In this document: one piece after another, positions 47,161-57,450 of the stretch
Position numbering within the stretch: the stretch's first letter is position 1
How the letters are laid out: each line of letters begins with the position of its first letter
Source of the DNA: Candidatus Amesbacteria bacterium
GTDB taxonomy: Bacteria > Patescibacteriota > Microgenomatia > CAZETR01 > Amesbacteraceae
Assembly: GCA_027371535.1 (NCBI GenBank)
Contig: DAHXMV010000001.1
Location: 32,879-96,878, forward strand
Direction: 5' to 3'
DNA length: 64,000 nt
Program-made: the position numbers and the translations under genes
Notes under the pieces: model-generated
The model's input: only the letters and a program-made list of their open reading frames with translations
Told to the model about the DNA's origin: nothing
Database searches by the model: none

Positions 47161-48593
47161 TTGGCCGGTTTTTTGGGTTCGATTAATTTCACAATGACAA
47201 ACCGGGGATTTTGCTCTATAACGGTGTATTTTTTCATAATGGCATTAGTCTGTTCATCGTAATTGACGGAGACGTAGTAGGTAACGTGCATCCGGTCAAT
47301 CAAATCTTTTACGGGGAAAGGGATATAAGCAAAACCGGCCCGGTTGGTCTGATACAAAAAGGCCGTATCCCCGTCGTAAGGCGCCACCACAATAGCGTCT
47401 TTGGGGGTAATTTTGTCCACCTCCTTACCGGCGGCCACGATTTCCCAATGGTTAACCTGATAATCGCCTTTGATATCGTACCAGGAAAAAGCCAGCATGA
47501 AACCGGTGCAGACCAGGGCCAAAATACGTTTGGTCCAGGTTTCACGAAAATCCCGGGATTTTCTGACTAAATATGCCACCCCCAGAGCCAGCAGAACGGA
47601 AATTGCCGGAATTATGGGTATCTGGTAATAATCGTGCCGGACATTGCCGGTAGCAAATACCGATAAATAAGTCAGGGCAGCCAACATCCAGGCCGCAAAA
47701 TAACCGGAACCGAAAATCAGTCCCATTCCCAGCAACAACACACCCCAGGCTCCGAGAATCAGTTTGCCGATACGTTCGCCAAAAATCCACCTGAAGAAAG
47801 CCCCTTTAAACCTGATATGGTCCCCGTTTAACAGCCAGGCACTGGCGGGGACACCTTCGGGATGGAGATATGACCAGAGACGCCAGGCCAGAAAAGGGAA
47901 GACTATGGCGAAGCCTAAAATCCATAACATTTTTTGTTTAAAAAATGACCAGCCGTATTTCTGATAAACCTGCCAAAGCATAGGCAGAAAAAAGAATACC
48001 GCCACCGGTTTAACCAAAACCGCAAGGGCTCCCGAGATGCCGGTAAGTATGACTAAGAATGATTTTTGTTTAATGAGCCAGAGGTCAAAAAAGTTTAAGG
48101 CAGCCAGAAAAAACGTCACCATTAAGGGATCCGGAAGGATGACCCGGGTAAAATAGATATTGTAGGGCAAAAACAGATAAAAGAAGGCAGCTAAAAGACC
48201 GGTGAGGCTCTTGGTTTTGCGGCGGACCAGCAAGAATAAAATCACTGCCGAAACCAGAGAACTCAGGATGGCAGCCATCCGTCCCCAAAACTCCAGCGGT
48301 TTAAAGGGAAATACCTTAGCTAAAAAGTAATGAACGAGATTAAAAACCGGAAACTCAACAAACCTGTAACCCCGGGGGTTTAATAAACCTTTACCGGAAA
48401 CATCGGATAAATCATCATATCTGGGATAGAAGAGACTGATGCCGTATTTGAAATAATTTCTGGTAACTGCCGATGTGTCCGCCTGACGCCAGGAATGCCA
48501 GTCGGCCACGGGATTATCAATTTTGTATAACCGGACGGCAAAGCCGCCGGCCAGTAAGACCGCCAATAGCAACCATTGGAATTTTTTAAACAT
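47157..48593 (-). CDS. GT-C fold membrane glycosyltransferase (ArnT/PMT_2-like)
   Basis: DWHSWRQADT, EFP, LPDP, LVKP, HDYYQ; multi-TM. Confidence 0.82.
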   Translation of the reverse strand: MFKKFQWLLLAVLLAGGFAVRLYKIDNPVADWHSWRQADTSAVTRNYFKYGISLFYPRYDDLSDVSGKGLLNPRGYRFVEFPVFNLVHYFLAKVFPFKPLEFWGRMAAILSSLVSAVILFLLVRRKTKSLTGLLAAFFYLFLPYNIYFTRVILPDPLMVTFFLAALNFFDLWLIKQKSFLVILTGISGALAVLVKPVAVFFFLPMLWQVYQKYGWSFFKQKMLWILGFAIVFPFLAWRLWSYLHPEGVPASAWLLNGDHIRFKGAFFRWIFGERIGKLILGAWGVLLLGMGLIFGSGYFAAWMLAALTYLSVFATGNVRHDYYQIPIIPAISVLLALGVAYLVRKSRDFRETWTKRILALVCTGFMLAFSWYDIKGDYQVNHWEIVAAGKEVDKITPKDAIVVAPYDGDTAFLYQTNRAGFAYIPFPVKDLIDRMHVTYYVSVNYDEQTNAIMKKYTVIEQNPRFVIVKLIEPKKPAK

Positions 48594-49908
48594 GGTCGGC
48601 AGGAAAATTTTTGGCTTTGTGAGCCAGCCCGATTATAATCCAGAAAATCATAGCAATTTTGGAGGCTTCAAAATAATCAATAAAAACCGAACCGATTAAC
48701 AGACTGAATAAGGCACAGCTTGTTGCGACGATAAAGGCCGAATTAAACGAAGGCGTATAAGACCTGAGAAAAAAGGGCAGGCTGGTTTTGAAAAACCGTA
48801 AATGGATCAAAGCGAAAGCCATCAGGCCCAGAAGACCGGTTTCGGCCAAAATCCTGAGATATTCGTTATCGGCAGCCAAACCGATGGAAGAAAAACCGCT
48901 GCCTAAAACGGGATCTTTGACAAAAGCTCTGATGGCAGTCGGCCATTCGGCATTCAAACGGATGCTAAAAGACCGGTCTTCAGCTACCGGGGGGCTTTTG
49001 AGAGCATCCGGGATAGTGTCGGTGGCTTTACTGCCGGAGGCAGTGGCTGCGCCCTGGGCATGGACGGGAGTGACCAGGGCAATTTTAAATCCGGTCGTTA
49101 ACAGCTCCAGGTAACGCCCCCGCAGTTGGGGAGAAGCAAAAAAACCGGCTATGGCCAGAACAGCCAAGGGTATCAACCAGGTTCTTTTCCGAATTAAAAC
49201 TACCAGTAATCCGGCGCTGATAAACAGGCTGAAAAAAGCAATCCGGGAGGCTGATAACAGGACAGTCACATACATCAGAAATCCGCCGGCCAACAGCAGC
49301 CTTTTGTGGGCAGATACCGGCAGCAGCGCCAAAATCAACAACAGCGGCAGCACCATAAAGGCGGCCAGATCGTAGTGGCCGGCAAATGTAGAATTTATCC
49401 TGGCTCCGGGACCCAGAGTCAGGGCCAAACCCTTGGAAAATTCACTGTTGTTCGTGGAAATTATCGGAGCCTGGGCAAACTGCTGGAAAATACCGTAGAC
49501 GGCGACCAAAAGAGAAACAAACAGCAGAGTACGGACAATAAACTTCAGCTGCCGGGTATCCGACAGCCAATCGTAAGCCACAAAGAACAAGGACATATAT
49601 TCAAACCGTCTGAGCGTGTGCAAAATACCAAGATTCAGAATGGCCGTTTTGGTAATAAAGATACCCGCAAATGTGGCAGACACGCCAACCAGCAAATAAA
49701 GCAGGATAGACCGGGAGATGGGCAGCCTGAGAGTGTCAAACTTACGGATTATCAGATCGCATGCATAAATGCCCACGATAAGGGCTACCAAAATATCTTC
49801 CAGTCTGATTGAGACAAAAGTTCCGGTAACATCCAGCAATGGAAACTTCGGATACAGAGGGATGACTACTAGCACCAATATTAATAGATAATGTTTATAT
49901 TTTGACAT
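48586..49908 (-). CDS. O-antigen ligase-like membrane protein
   Basis: RINSTFAGHYDL, LSASR, R...W..A, GSG, DNEYLR.L.E.GLLG. Confidence 0.82.
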   Translation of the reverse strand: MSKYKHYLLILVLVVIPLYPKFPLLDVTGTFVSIRLEDILVALIVGIYACDLIIRKFDTLRLPISRSILLYLLVGVSATFAGIFITKTAILNLGILHTLRRFEYMSLFFVAYDWLSDTRQLKFIVRTLLFVSLLVAVYGIFQQFAQAPIISTNNSEFSKGLALTLGPGARINSTFAGHYDLAAFMVLPLLLILALLPVSAHKRLLLAGGFLMYVTVLLSASRIAFFSLFISAGLLVVLIRKRTWLIPLAVLAIAGFFASPQLRGRYLELLTTGFKIALVTPVHAQGAATASGSKATDTIPDALKSPPVAEDRSFSIRLNAEWPTAIRAFVKDPVLGSGFSSIGLAADNEYLRILAETGLLGLMAFALIHLRFFKTSLPFFLRSYTPSFNSAFIVATSCALFSLLIGSVFIDYFEASKIAMIFWIIIGLAHKAKNFPADHV

Positions 49909-50395
49909 ATTCCCGGTATAACCAATAACAGCAGACGGAGATCAACAGCAGGACTTCCAGACGTGTGACCGGGTTTGAAGGGATATACCTGACCGTGATT
50001 TTATTCAGATAATGAACCCCGGCAATATATATCTGTTCGGTAGGTTTGGTGGGATAAAAACCGTTTATATAAATGGATTCCCTCAGGGGATGGACAATTT
50101 CCTGCAACCAGGAAGACTTGGTCTGGTCGCGGATTAAACTATAGGCATTTTCCGGAGGGTAATTTAACAGATATTGAACACCCCATATTCGGAAAGCCTG
50201 CGAGTAATAGGCCAGAATTCCGCTCCGGGAATAATTGGTATAATAAGCATAGCGATAAGGGCTTTCCAAATCACCGGGTTCATTAGACCGGAGGGCTCCC
50301 GGGGGGGGTTTAGGGAATTGCGGAGCAGGCAGCAGCAAATAAATTACTGAAATGATAAGAACCAGAGAGATGATTATTTGTGATACCAACTTCAT
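49895..50395 (-). CDS. Hypothetical membrane protein (TM helix at each end)
   Basis: Fills the gap in the operon; start reassigned to MKLVS. Confidence 0.7.
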   Translation of the reverse strand: MKLVSQIIISLVLIISVIYLLLPAPQFPKPPPGALRSNEPGDLESPYRYAYYTNYSRSGILAYYSQAFRIWGVQYLLNYPPENAYSLIRDQTKSSWLQEIVHPLRESIYINGFYPTKPTEQIYIAGVHYLNKITVRYIPSNPVTRLEVLLLISVCCYWLYREYVKI

Positions 50396-50396
50396 G

Positions 50397-51005
50397 TTAC
50401 TGAAACAACCTGGCCCGGCCCAACCGGTAATGGAGATCCCTAATCCGCCTTTCGGAAATAATTCTGGCCGGGACACCGCCGACAACCGCATAATCGGGTA
50501 CATCTTTGGTGACGACCGCTCCGGCCCCGACCACCGCACCCCGGCCCAAATTTACACCGGGTAAAATAATGGCCCTGGGACCGATAAATACGTAATTACC
50601 TATACTTACCGGGGCGGTGGTGGCGTGAAAATCGGGGGAATGGATATCATGCTCGGAGTTGTAAATCTGGACTTCGGAGGCAATATCCACATGATTACCG
50701 ATACTGACTTTGTCCCGGCCGTCAATAAAAATACCCCATCCCAGCAGACTGTCTTCACCCACCGAGATGCCCCGCGGATCAAAAAAGCGCGCCTGCATAT
50801 GAATAACCGAACCTTTGCCCAACCTGCCTCCGGCAAGCTGAAAAACCAATTTTCTGACAAAATGCACGGGGATAAGACTGAATGCCAGGTGAATCCACAG
50901 CAGGGCAAAATCCTGCAGCCAGCTGCAGAGCCGATTTTTAATTTTAGTTACGGTTTCCGATGAACTTAATAAGCGCCCGTTTTTGTCACGAAATTCCATT
51001 CCCAT
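50397..51005 (-). CDS. Left-handed beta-helix O-acyltransferase
   Basis: [40 protein letters not shown]; start reassigned to MGMEF after a TATAAT. Confidence 0.88.
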   Translation of the reverse strand: MGMEFRDKNGRLLSSSETVTKIKNRLCSWLQDFALLWIHLAFSLIPVHFVRKLVFQLAGGRLGKGSVIHMQARFFDPRGISVGEDSLLGWGIFIDGRDKVSIGNHVDIASEVQIYNSEHDIHSPDFHATTAPVSIGNYVFIGPRAIILPGVNLGRGAVVGAGAVVTKDVPDYAVVGGVPARIISERRIRDLHYRLGRARLFQ

Positions 51006-51012
51006 ATTCACA

Positions 51013-52101
51013 TTATATAGCCGATTCCAGGACAGAGATAGTCCGGGAAGCCGTCTTTGACCAATCAAATTTGGCTGCCTGCTCCCCACCCTTCCGGATA
51101 TAAAAGTCCCGGTCCGGGCCCATGGCCCGATGCAGCCCCCCGGCAATGGAGTCGATATCATCCGGACGGACGTAAATACCCGCATCACCTGCAACTTCCG
51201 GCAAACTGGCGACATCAGAAACGACAACCGGGACGTGGCAGGCCATAGCTTCCAGGACCGGAATTCCGAAACCTTCATGAAAACTGGGCATGGCAAAAGC
51301 TATGGCCCGGGACATAAGCACGGGTACTTCCCGATCTTTGACAAAACCGGTAAAAATTACCCTGTCCTGCAGTTTCAGATCTGCGACCAAACCGAAGATC
51401 CGTTCATATAACCAGGCCCGCTTGCCGGCGATCACCAACGTCAGCCCGGGGATTTCCAGACGGGAAAAAGCGGTAATCAAACCCTCAAGATTTTTACTGG
51501 GTTTTAAACTGCCGATATACAATATGTAAGGCCTGTGAATATGATATTTTTCCAGGACCGCGGGGTTATCCCGGGGAAAGAAAACCTGATTATCGTAGCC
51601 GGGGTAGGTGACGATTACATCTTCAGCCTGACGGTGATAGGTTTTTACCACGGCATTTTTGGTGAATTCGGAGATGACGATTATTTTAGAGGCTTTTTTG
51701 GCTGAATAGGCAGTCCAGCTCTTCAACTGATTAAAATCTTTGGCATTAAACTGATCCCGGGCGGTTAAAAAACCGAGATCCATAACGGCAATCACCGTCG
51801 GCACGGGAGAATAACGGGGAGCATAATGGCTGGGGCTGAAAAAGACATCCGGGCGCGGGCGGTGGGTGAAGAGGTCCCAGGGCAGCCGGGTTTGCGTCCA
51901 AAGTCCGGGAAAAGGGATATAGCGGTAATCCCAGTGCAGGCTGACGGGGGGCAGATCGGGTAATAATCCGTCCCGGTGATAGATAACAAAATCGTGTTTG
52001 GTTTTTAACCGGCTCAAAGCCTGCAGTAAATTAAAAGCATACTGGTTAACCCCGACGCGGCGGTGGATATTGGCTTCGTTGGCATCTATTCCGATTAACA
52101 T
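51013..52101 (-). CDS. Glycosyltransferase family 4
   Basis: [22 protein letters not shown]. Confidence 0.92.
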   Translation of the reverse strand: MLIGIDANEANIHRRVGVNQYAFNLLQALSRLKTKHDFVIYHRDGLLPDLPPVSLHWDYRYIPFPGLWTQTRLPWDLFTHRPRPDVFFSPSHYAPRYSPVPTVIAVMDLGFLTARDQFNAKDFNQLKSWTAYSAKKASKIIVISEFTKNAVVKTYHRQAEDVIVTYPGYDNQVFFPRDNPAVLEKYHIHRPYILYIGSLKPSKNLEGLITAFSRLEIPGLTLVIAGKRAWLYERIFGLVADLKLQDRVIFTGFVKDREVPVLMSRAIAFAMPSFHEGFGIPVLEAMACHVPVVVSDVASLPEVAGDAGIYVRPDDIDSIAGGLHRAMGPDRDFYIRKGGEQAAKFDWSKTASRTISVLESAI

Positions 52102-53186
52102 AGACTGCTATAGACCATTAATGTTTCCCGGGCCGTTTGCTCCCAGGAATATTGCTTTAATCTCTCCAAACCGGCCCTGATCAGGGCAGATTTATCCTTT
52201 ATGGCCCGGGCGAGTCCGTAAGCGATGGCTTCCCCATTTTTGGGATCCACCAGGACGGCGCCGTCTCCGGCAACTTCGGGCATAGACGACAGATCGGAGG
52301 TCAAAACCGGTATCTGGTGAAAAAAGGCCATCAATATGGGCAAACCAAAACCTTCATATAATGAAGGGTAAGCCAAAACCTGAGCCCCCTTTAAAAGGGC
52401 AGCCAACTCCAAATCAGGCAGAAAACCGGTGAAAATGATTCGGGGATCATCGGGGATATCGGTAATCCCCCACCCCCGGCCGCCGACGATGACCAGCTTT
52501 TCAGGCAGACGCAAGATTTTTTGAAAATGTAAAAAACTATTTACCAACAGCGGAATATTTTTCCGGGGCTGCGGGGTGCCGATGGAAATAATGTAATCAT
52601 GAAGACCGAAACGGGTTTTTTGACGGATAATTTCCGATGCCGCGGGGCGGAGATGAAATCTGGCCGGCATGGCTTCCGGGATGACCGCGATCCGGCCGGG
52701 ATTGACCCGAAACAATTTCATTAAATCGTCAGCTGTACTTCGGGAAACACAGATGATTTTGGCGCACTCCCTGACCACCCAATTCATCCTGGCCTGATGG
52801 ACTGAAGAGATGTTTCTGAAGGCGCCGCTGGCCATTTCATCAGGAAAAAGAAACGGCGACAAATCATGGACCGTGGTCACTTTGGGAGCCGCAGCCGGCG
52901 GTTCGGCCCAATCGGATGAATGAAAAACGTCTACATCACCTATAAAATTTTCGATGTTAATGATATGAAAGTAATTCCACAGGTAATACAGCAGCATGGG
53001 GGGAAGACGGAATAGTCTGGCGTTGCGGAACAGTTTTTTCAAGTCATTATGCCGTCTGAGGGAAGTTCCGAATAACACGTATCGATTAGTGGGATCAACC
53101 GTTTTTAAGGCACGAACCAAATCGATAGTGTAATCCGAGACTCCGGTACCATAAACCGCCTGCGATACATCGATGCCGATTTTCAT
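52095..53186 (-). CDS. Glycosyltransferase family 4
   Basis: TGVSDY, TVHDL, PRKN, EGFGLPILMAF. Confidence 0.9.
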   Translation of the reverse strand: MKIGIDVSQAVYGTGVSDYTIDLVRALKTVDPTNRYVLFGTSLRRHNDLKKLFRNARLFRLPPMLLYYLWNYFHIINIENFIGDVDVFHSSDWAEPPAAAPKVTTVHDLSPFLFPDEMASGAFRNISSVHQARMNWVVRECAKIICVSRSTADDLMKLFRVNPGRIAVIPEAMPARFHLRPAASEIIRQKTRFGLHDYIISIGTPQPRKNIPLLVNSFLHFQKILRLPEKLVIVGGRGWGITDIPDDPRIIFTGFLPDLELAALLKGAQVLAYPSLYEGFGLPILMAFFHQIPVLTSDLSSMPEVAGDGAVLVDPKNGEAIAYGLARAIKDKSALIRAGLERLKQYSWEQTARETLMVYSSLC

Positions 53187-53189
53187 AGA

Positions 53190-53402
53190 TTAAGCTGATA
53201 AATTATATCCGAACCCGCCTCTAAAACCTGCCGGTAACGGGTCTCTGTATATTTTAACAGTACCGGGGCAAACTGATCCAAAGTCTGCCCGTCTACCCGG
53301 CCGGCTTTACCCACCATCACCGGTCCGGGAGGATATAAAAGGAGATTTTTTTAAAATCAGATACCGGTTTTGAGAAAAATACCACGGCAGGGGAATGATC
53401 AT
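53190..53402 (-). pseudogene. Possible frameshifted C-terminal remnant of a membrane-protein gene
   Basis: One frame reads IIPLPWYF..., a second reads LYPPGPVMVGK...LDQFAPVLLKYTETRYRQV...IIYQLNL; no complete ORF. Confidence 0.35.
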
Positions 53403-54817
53403 ATCCGCTGATAGTGTCTGATAAAACCGACTCCGGGAAAATCCCTGGTATTGGTCAGGGTAAAACCCAGACTGCCAAGGACATTTTCCACATTCCGACG
53501 GGGATCCGTTATGTCCGTAAGATAGTCGAGCAAGTAAACATTTTTAATTGTGACATTATCGGACAAATAGGCTAATTTAGAGGCCACCTGGGGAGTTTGG
53601 GCCGGAAAAACCGGCACGGCAGCGACTACCCCAAGGGCTGGGTCATACCAATAAAAGGGAGAAAATTTGTCACTGAATTTAACCACAATACCGGTATCCA
53701 ACCCTGCTTTTTCCTTAAGATAAACAATTGCCTGGCGCCACTGTTCCCGCTGTAACCGGGGCCGGGTAAAATACATCACATTGCCAAAAACGGCAATGTA
53801 AATAAACAAAGTGCTGAATAATCTGGGATATCGCAAACAGCTCTGGGTAAATATCACCGTTAAGGCCGGAATTACGAAGATGACACGGAACGGCTGGCTC
53901 TGGGGAACAAAAAATGAGGTAATAATCATCAGAATAATAGGGACAAAAGACCAGGTAAATAAAAGGCGGCGTTTTTGATCGGCGACCCGGAAAGCCGAAA
54001 ATACCACCAGAAAGACAAAACCGATATATAACGAATAAAGCAGGGGAGACTGCAGATTAATCCGGCCGGCAACCAGCTTAAAAAGGGTGACCGGAAGCGT
54101 TTTCATGGCCGAGAGACTGAGAAGACTGCGCCAACCCGGCAGATAGGTGTCGATATTAGTGCCGGAGATCAGTTGGCGGGTAAGCTGGGGTAGCCAGGGC
54201 AGATAAAAAAGAGCCGAAATCAGACATGAAAGCAGAAACTTCGGCAATTGGCGGCGATGGTATACAAACAAATAAATCAACTGGGTGACCAGCAAAAAAA
54301 GACTTGAATAATGGGTATAAATAAGTAAAGTGTTGATAAGGGTCAGACTCCGAAAGCGATTTTTTATCAAATAGTACATGGACAGGGTGCCTAACAGGCA
54401 GAGAAGGATATAAGACCTGAGTTCCTGGGAATAATAGATATGATACGGATTAATAGCCAATAAAATAGCGGCTACGGTTTCCGGGCGGAAAGTAAAATGA
54501 TGAATCACCAGTCCCGGAACCAAACGCAATTCCCGGACCAATAAATACAGAACCAGGATATTGGCCACCCCGAAAAATACTGATGGCAACCGAAGCCATA
54601 CTTCAGACCGGCCAAAAATCATCCAGAAATGGATGAGAAGGTAATATAGCGGCGGATGAAAATCATTCCCCCGGGAAAACCAGATCCAGGAGGGAGAATG
54701 CGAGGACATAACCGCCTGGGAAGCTTCATCCAGCCAGAAACTCTGACCCAAATTAATTAATCTTAACAGCAGACCCAGAACCAGGATCAGGATGAGGCTT
54801 TTTGGGATTTTTGCCAC
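53399..54817 (-). CDS. GT-C fold membrane glycosyltransferase (PMT_2/GT39-like)
   Basis: QSFWLDEA, DFHPPLYY, LRLPS, YSQELRSY, REQWR. Confidence 0.85.
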   Translation of the reverse strand: MAKIPKSLILILVLGLLLRLINLGQSFWLDEASQAVMSSHSPSWIWFSRGNDFHPPLYYLLIHFWMIFGRSEVWLRLPSVFFGVANILVLYLLVRELRLVPGLVIHHFTFRPETVAAILLAINPYHIYYSQELRSYILLCLLGTLSMYYLIKNRFRSLTLINTLLIYTHYSSLFLLVTQLIYLFVYHRRQLPKFLLSCLISALFYLPWLPQLTRQLISGTNIDTYLPGWRSLLSLSAMKTLPVTLFKLVAGRINLQSPLLYSLYIGFVFLVVFSAFRVADQKRRLLFTWSFVPIILMIITSFFVPQSQPFRVIFVIPALTVIFTQSCLRYPRLFSTLFIYIAVFGNVMYFTRPRLQREQWRQAIVYLKEKAGLDTGIVVKFSDKFSPFYWYDPALGVVAAVPVFPAQTPQVASKLAYLSDNVTIKNVYLLDYLTDITDPRRNVENVLGSLGFTLTNTRDFPGVGFIRHYQRI

Positions 54818-55539
54818 AGTTTAACCCATACTGAAAGATGGTATACAGCCATTAAGTAACTGAGGAATAAACCGTGAAATCCATCCAAAAAACCGGCGTG
54901 CAGAATGTAACGCCGGGTAAAATCCAAAAGCGGCTGGGCGATAAACTGGCCCCAGGAAAACGGGATTCCGGCGGCATACAACCTGTCGGCTTCCAGGGTG
55001 GAATAAATATCCTGCTTGGCCATAAATTCATTGACCGTGGCGTAATTTTCATGGTAAATGCAGTCGTAGAATCGGCCGACTGTTTTGTCGGTGACAATCT
55101 GCTCGTGAACCACACCTTCCCATTGGCAATATTCCCGGTTAAAAAAACGAACCAGGCCATTGGGATCCCAATTGGAATGTTCGATATACTTGCCGAAAAT
55201 TTTATTTTTGCGGGGGATGCTGTAAGCCTGAAACAACTGGTGCTCCGGCAGATCCCGGATGGCTTTAATCAAGCCCGGGGAGGCGGTCTCGTCGGCATCC
55301 AAAGATAAAATCCAACCATATTTAGCCTGTGAATCGGCATAATTTTTTTGGCCGGAAAAGGAATCAAAGACCCGGATCATAACCCTAGCACCGGCATTTT
55401 TGGCCAGATCGGCAGTATTATCAACCGACCGGCTATCCACAACTACCAGCAGGTCATCGGACAGGTTTTTGAGGCTTTCCAAACAGGGTAAAATAAATTT
55501 TGCGGAATCTCTGGCAATGACTACGGCTGAAGCGTTCAT
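54787..55539 (-). CDS. Glycosyltransferase family 2 (LgtF/WaaE-like)
   Basis: VVDSRS.D, QKN, LSLDADE, VHE, GFLDG; resembles 4244-4999. Confidence 0.9.
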   Translation of the reverse strand: MNASAVVIARDSAKFILPCLESLKNLSDDLLVVVDSRSVDNTADLAKNAGARVMIRVFDSFSGQKNYADSQAKYGWILSLDADETASPGLIKAIRDLPEHQLFQAYSIPRKNKIFGKYIEHSNWDPNGLVRFFNREYCQWEGVVHEQIVTDKTVGRFYDCIYHENYATVNEFMAKQDIYSTLEADRLYAAGIPFSWGQFIAQPLLDFTRRYILHAGFLDGFHGLFLSYLMAVYHLSVWVKLWQKSQKASS

Positions 55540-56516
55540 ACTAAGGTGAGAAACAATTTTTGGTAGCTGTTAATTATTTTATCCCATTCAAAATTTTTTG
55601 CTTGATCCTGAGGTTTGTGCCCCAAATTTGCGTGCAGGGTTTTTTCCAAAACCCGGGAGAATCCGGCAATATTTTCCGGTTCAACCAGATTTCCCGCCCG
55701 GCCTACAATTTCTTCACGGATAGGGTCACTGGTAGCTACAACCGGCAAACCACTGGCCATAGCCTCCAAAAGCACAATGCCAAACGATTCCCAGGGAGAA
55801 GTCGGGTAGGCAAAAAGGTCACAGGCGGTAAAAATTGAAGGCATCGATTGCCGGCTGATTTGGGGATAGAGTAAAAATCTCCCCGGTAATAACCTATCAG
55901 CCAGTTCAGTAAGCGACGACTGCAGGCTGCCCCGTCCCACAATTAATAACGACGCCCGGGTCCGGGCGACGGCGGCGATTAAAAGGTCTAAACGTTTAAT
56001 CGGCTCCAAGGCAGCCACGCACAGGACTATCGGGTGCGGGAGCGGCAAATTCCGGGGTTTAACCCCCGGGTGAAAAACGCCGGTATCAACCCCGTTGGGA
56101 ATTTTGACGACGGAAATAAAAGGATTGACTTTTTTGGCCCAGGCACACTGGAAATCCGTCAAACCGACAAAGGCGTCGGGAAAACTATACAGGTTGAGGC
56201 GGTCGTCCAAACCGGGGCCGGACTGGCCCGAAATGACGATTTTTTTATGATTTTTTAAGGCCCAGATTTTTGATAAATAACTCTGCCACCGGCCGTTGGT
56301 GGGAAAAACGATGTCGGGAACGGGATTAAAGCCCGGTAAAACCCTGACCGAAGAAAGATATGCCGTCTGATAGGGCAAGGTCCGGTCGGGACCGGCATGA
56401 CGATAAACCGTGACCTGATGGCCCGATTTAACCAGTCCCCTGCCCAGGACATCAACAAAAGTTTCCACACCCCGGTAATTTAAACCACTAAAGAAGCTTA
56501 AAAATGCAATTTTCAT
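55536..56516 (-). CDS. Glycosyltransferase family 4
   Basis: RGVE, IPNGVD, ESFGIVLLEAMASG. Confidence 0.9.
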   Translation of the reverse strand: MKIAFLSFFSGLNYRGVETFVDVLGRGLVKSGHQVTVYRHAGPDRTLPYQTAYLSSVRVLPGFNPVPDIVFPTNGRWQSYLSKIWALKNHKKIVISGQSGPGLDDRLNLYSFPDAFVGLTDFQCAWAKKVNPFISVVKIPNGVDTGVFHPGVKPRNLPLPHPIVLCVAALEPIKRLDLLIAAVARTRASLLIVGRGSLQSSLTELADRLLPGRFLLYPQISRQSMPSIFTACDLFAYPTSPWESFGIVLLEAMASGLPVVATSDPIREEIVGRAGNLVEPENIAGFSRVLEKTLHANLGHKPQDQAKNFEWDKIINSYQKLFLTLV

Positions 56517-56582
56517 GCACGATTATTGTACCGCAAATGTGCGAAACTGTATGGTTTGAGAGATTTTTCCGGTGAGATAAAA

Positions 56583-57422
56583 TCAGTAACCGTCAGGGGG
56601 CGGATGGGCAAATAACTTCTTGACCCGACGGGCAGGTTCATATAAGAGACACCTGGAGAGATAATCCATACTCCGGCGGGTCCACGGATCGGGAACCATA
56701 TCCGGTTGCGGTAAATACAGTACCTCCGGGTAAATAAAATCCCGGCCAAAACTCCTGCCGAATTCAAACCTGTATTTAAAACCGCGTTTCAGGGTATTTT
56801 TATCCATAAATCTGGTGACCGAGCGGGATAAATGGGTGGTGTGTAAATACGTCTTATTTACCAGATGCAATTTTCGGGGCGGAAAATACTGCAGGGCAGT
56901 ATCATGGTCATCCCGATATTCCTGACGGCCATGGGGATTGGAAATATGTAAACCGGGAATCCGGCGATTTATAAAGCGGATATTAAATGCCCCTCTGTAT
57001 TCACCAATATGATAATGACTGGCTACCGGGCCTTCCTGATGGTATATATCCCCTACCAGATTTATGACGGGAGATATTAATGCCGACAAGTCCCGATGTT
57101 CCCGGATGGCCTGCAGATGCGCGGCCAGTGAATCATGCCACCAGATCTCATCGCCGTCCAAAATCATGATCCAGTCCGCATCGGTCGCCTCCAGCATCCG
57201 CTGGCGGGCTGCGGTGTGGCCTGCCGGATCAACCGGACCGACTTCTCTGAATTTTATTTTCGGGGAATTTATACATTTCACGACTTCGGGAGTTTTGTCA
57301 GTCGAACCCGTATCCCAAACCAGAATTTCATCGACCTGGTCTATGACCGACATGAGAGCATACCACAGCCAGCGCTGTTCATTCTTTACAAGGGTATGAA
57401 CGACAACTTTGGGTTTGGGCAT
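56583..57422 (-). CDS. Glycosyltransferase family 2
   Basis: LVKNE, DTGSTD.T, ILDGDE. Confidence 0.85.
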   Translation of the reverse strand: MPKPKVVVHTLVKNEQRWLWYALMSVIDQVDEILVWDTGSTDKTPEVVKCINSPKIKFREVGPVDPAGHTAARQRMLEATDADWIMILDGDEIWWHDSLAAHLQAIREHRDLSALISPVINLVGDIYHQEGPVASHYHIGEYRGAFNIRFINRRIPGLHISNPHGRQEYRDDHDTALQYFPPRKLHLVNKTYLHTTHLSRSVTRFMDKNTLKRGFKYRFEFGRSFGRDFIYPEVLYLPQPDMVPDPWTRRSMDYLSRCLLYEPARRVKKLFAHPPPDGY

Positions 57423-57450
57423 ATTGGTTTTTTGATTATCTCATGGACAA

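Noticed and set aside
50301-50308. G8 tract (and G7 at 60215-60221) as phase-variation sites in glycan genes
   Set aside because: The tracts are short, in frame and encode Pro/Gly runs; a similar C run occurs in ftsA.
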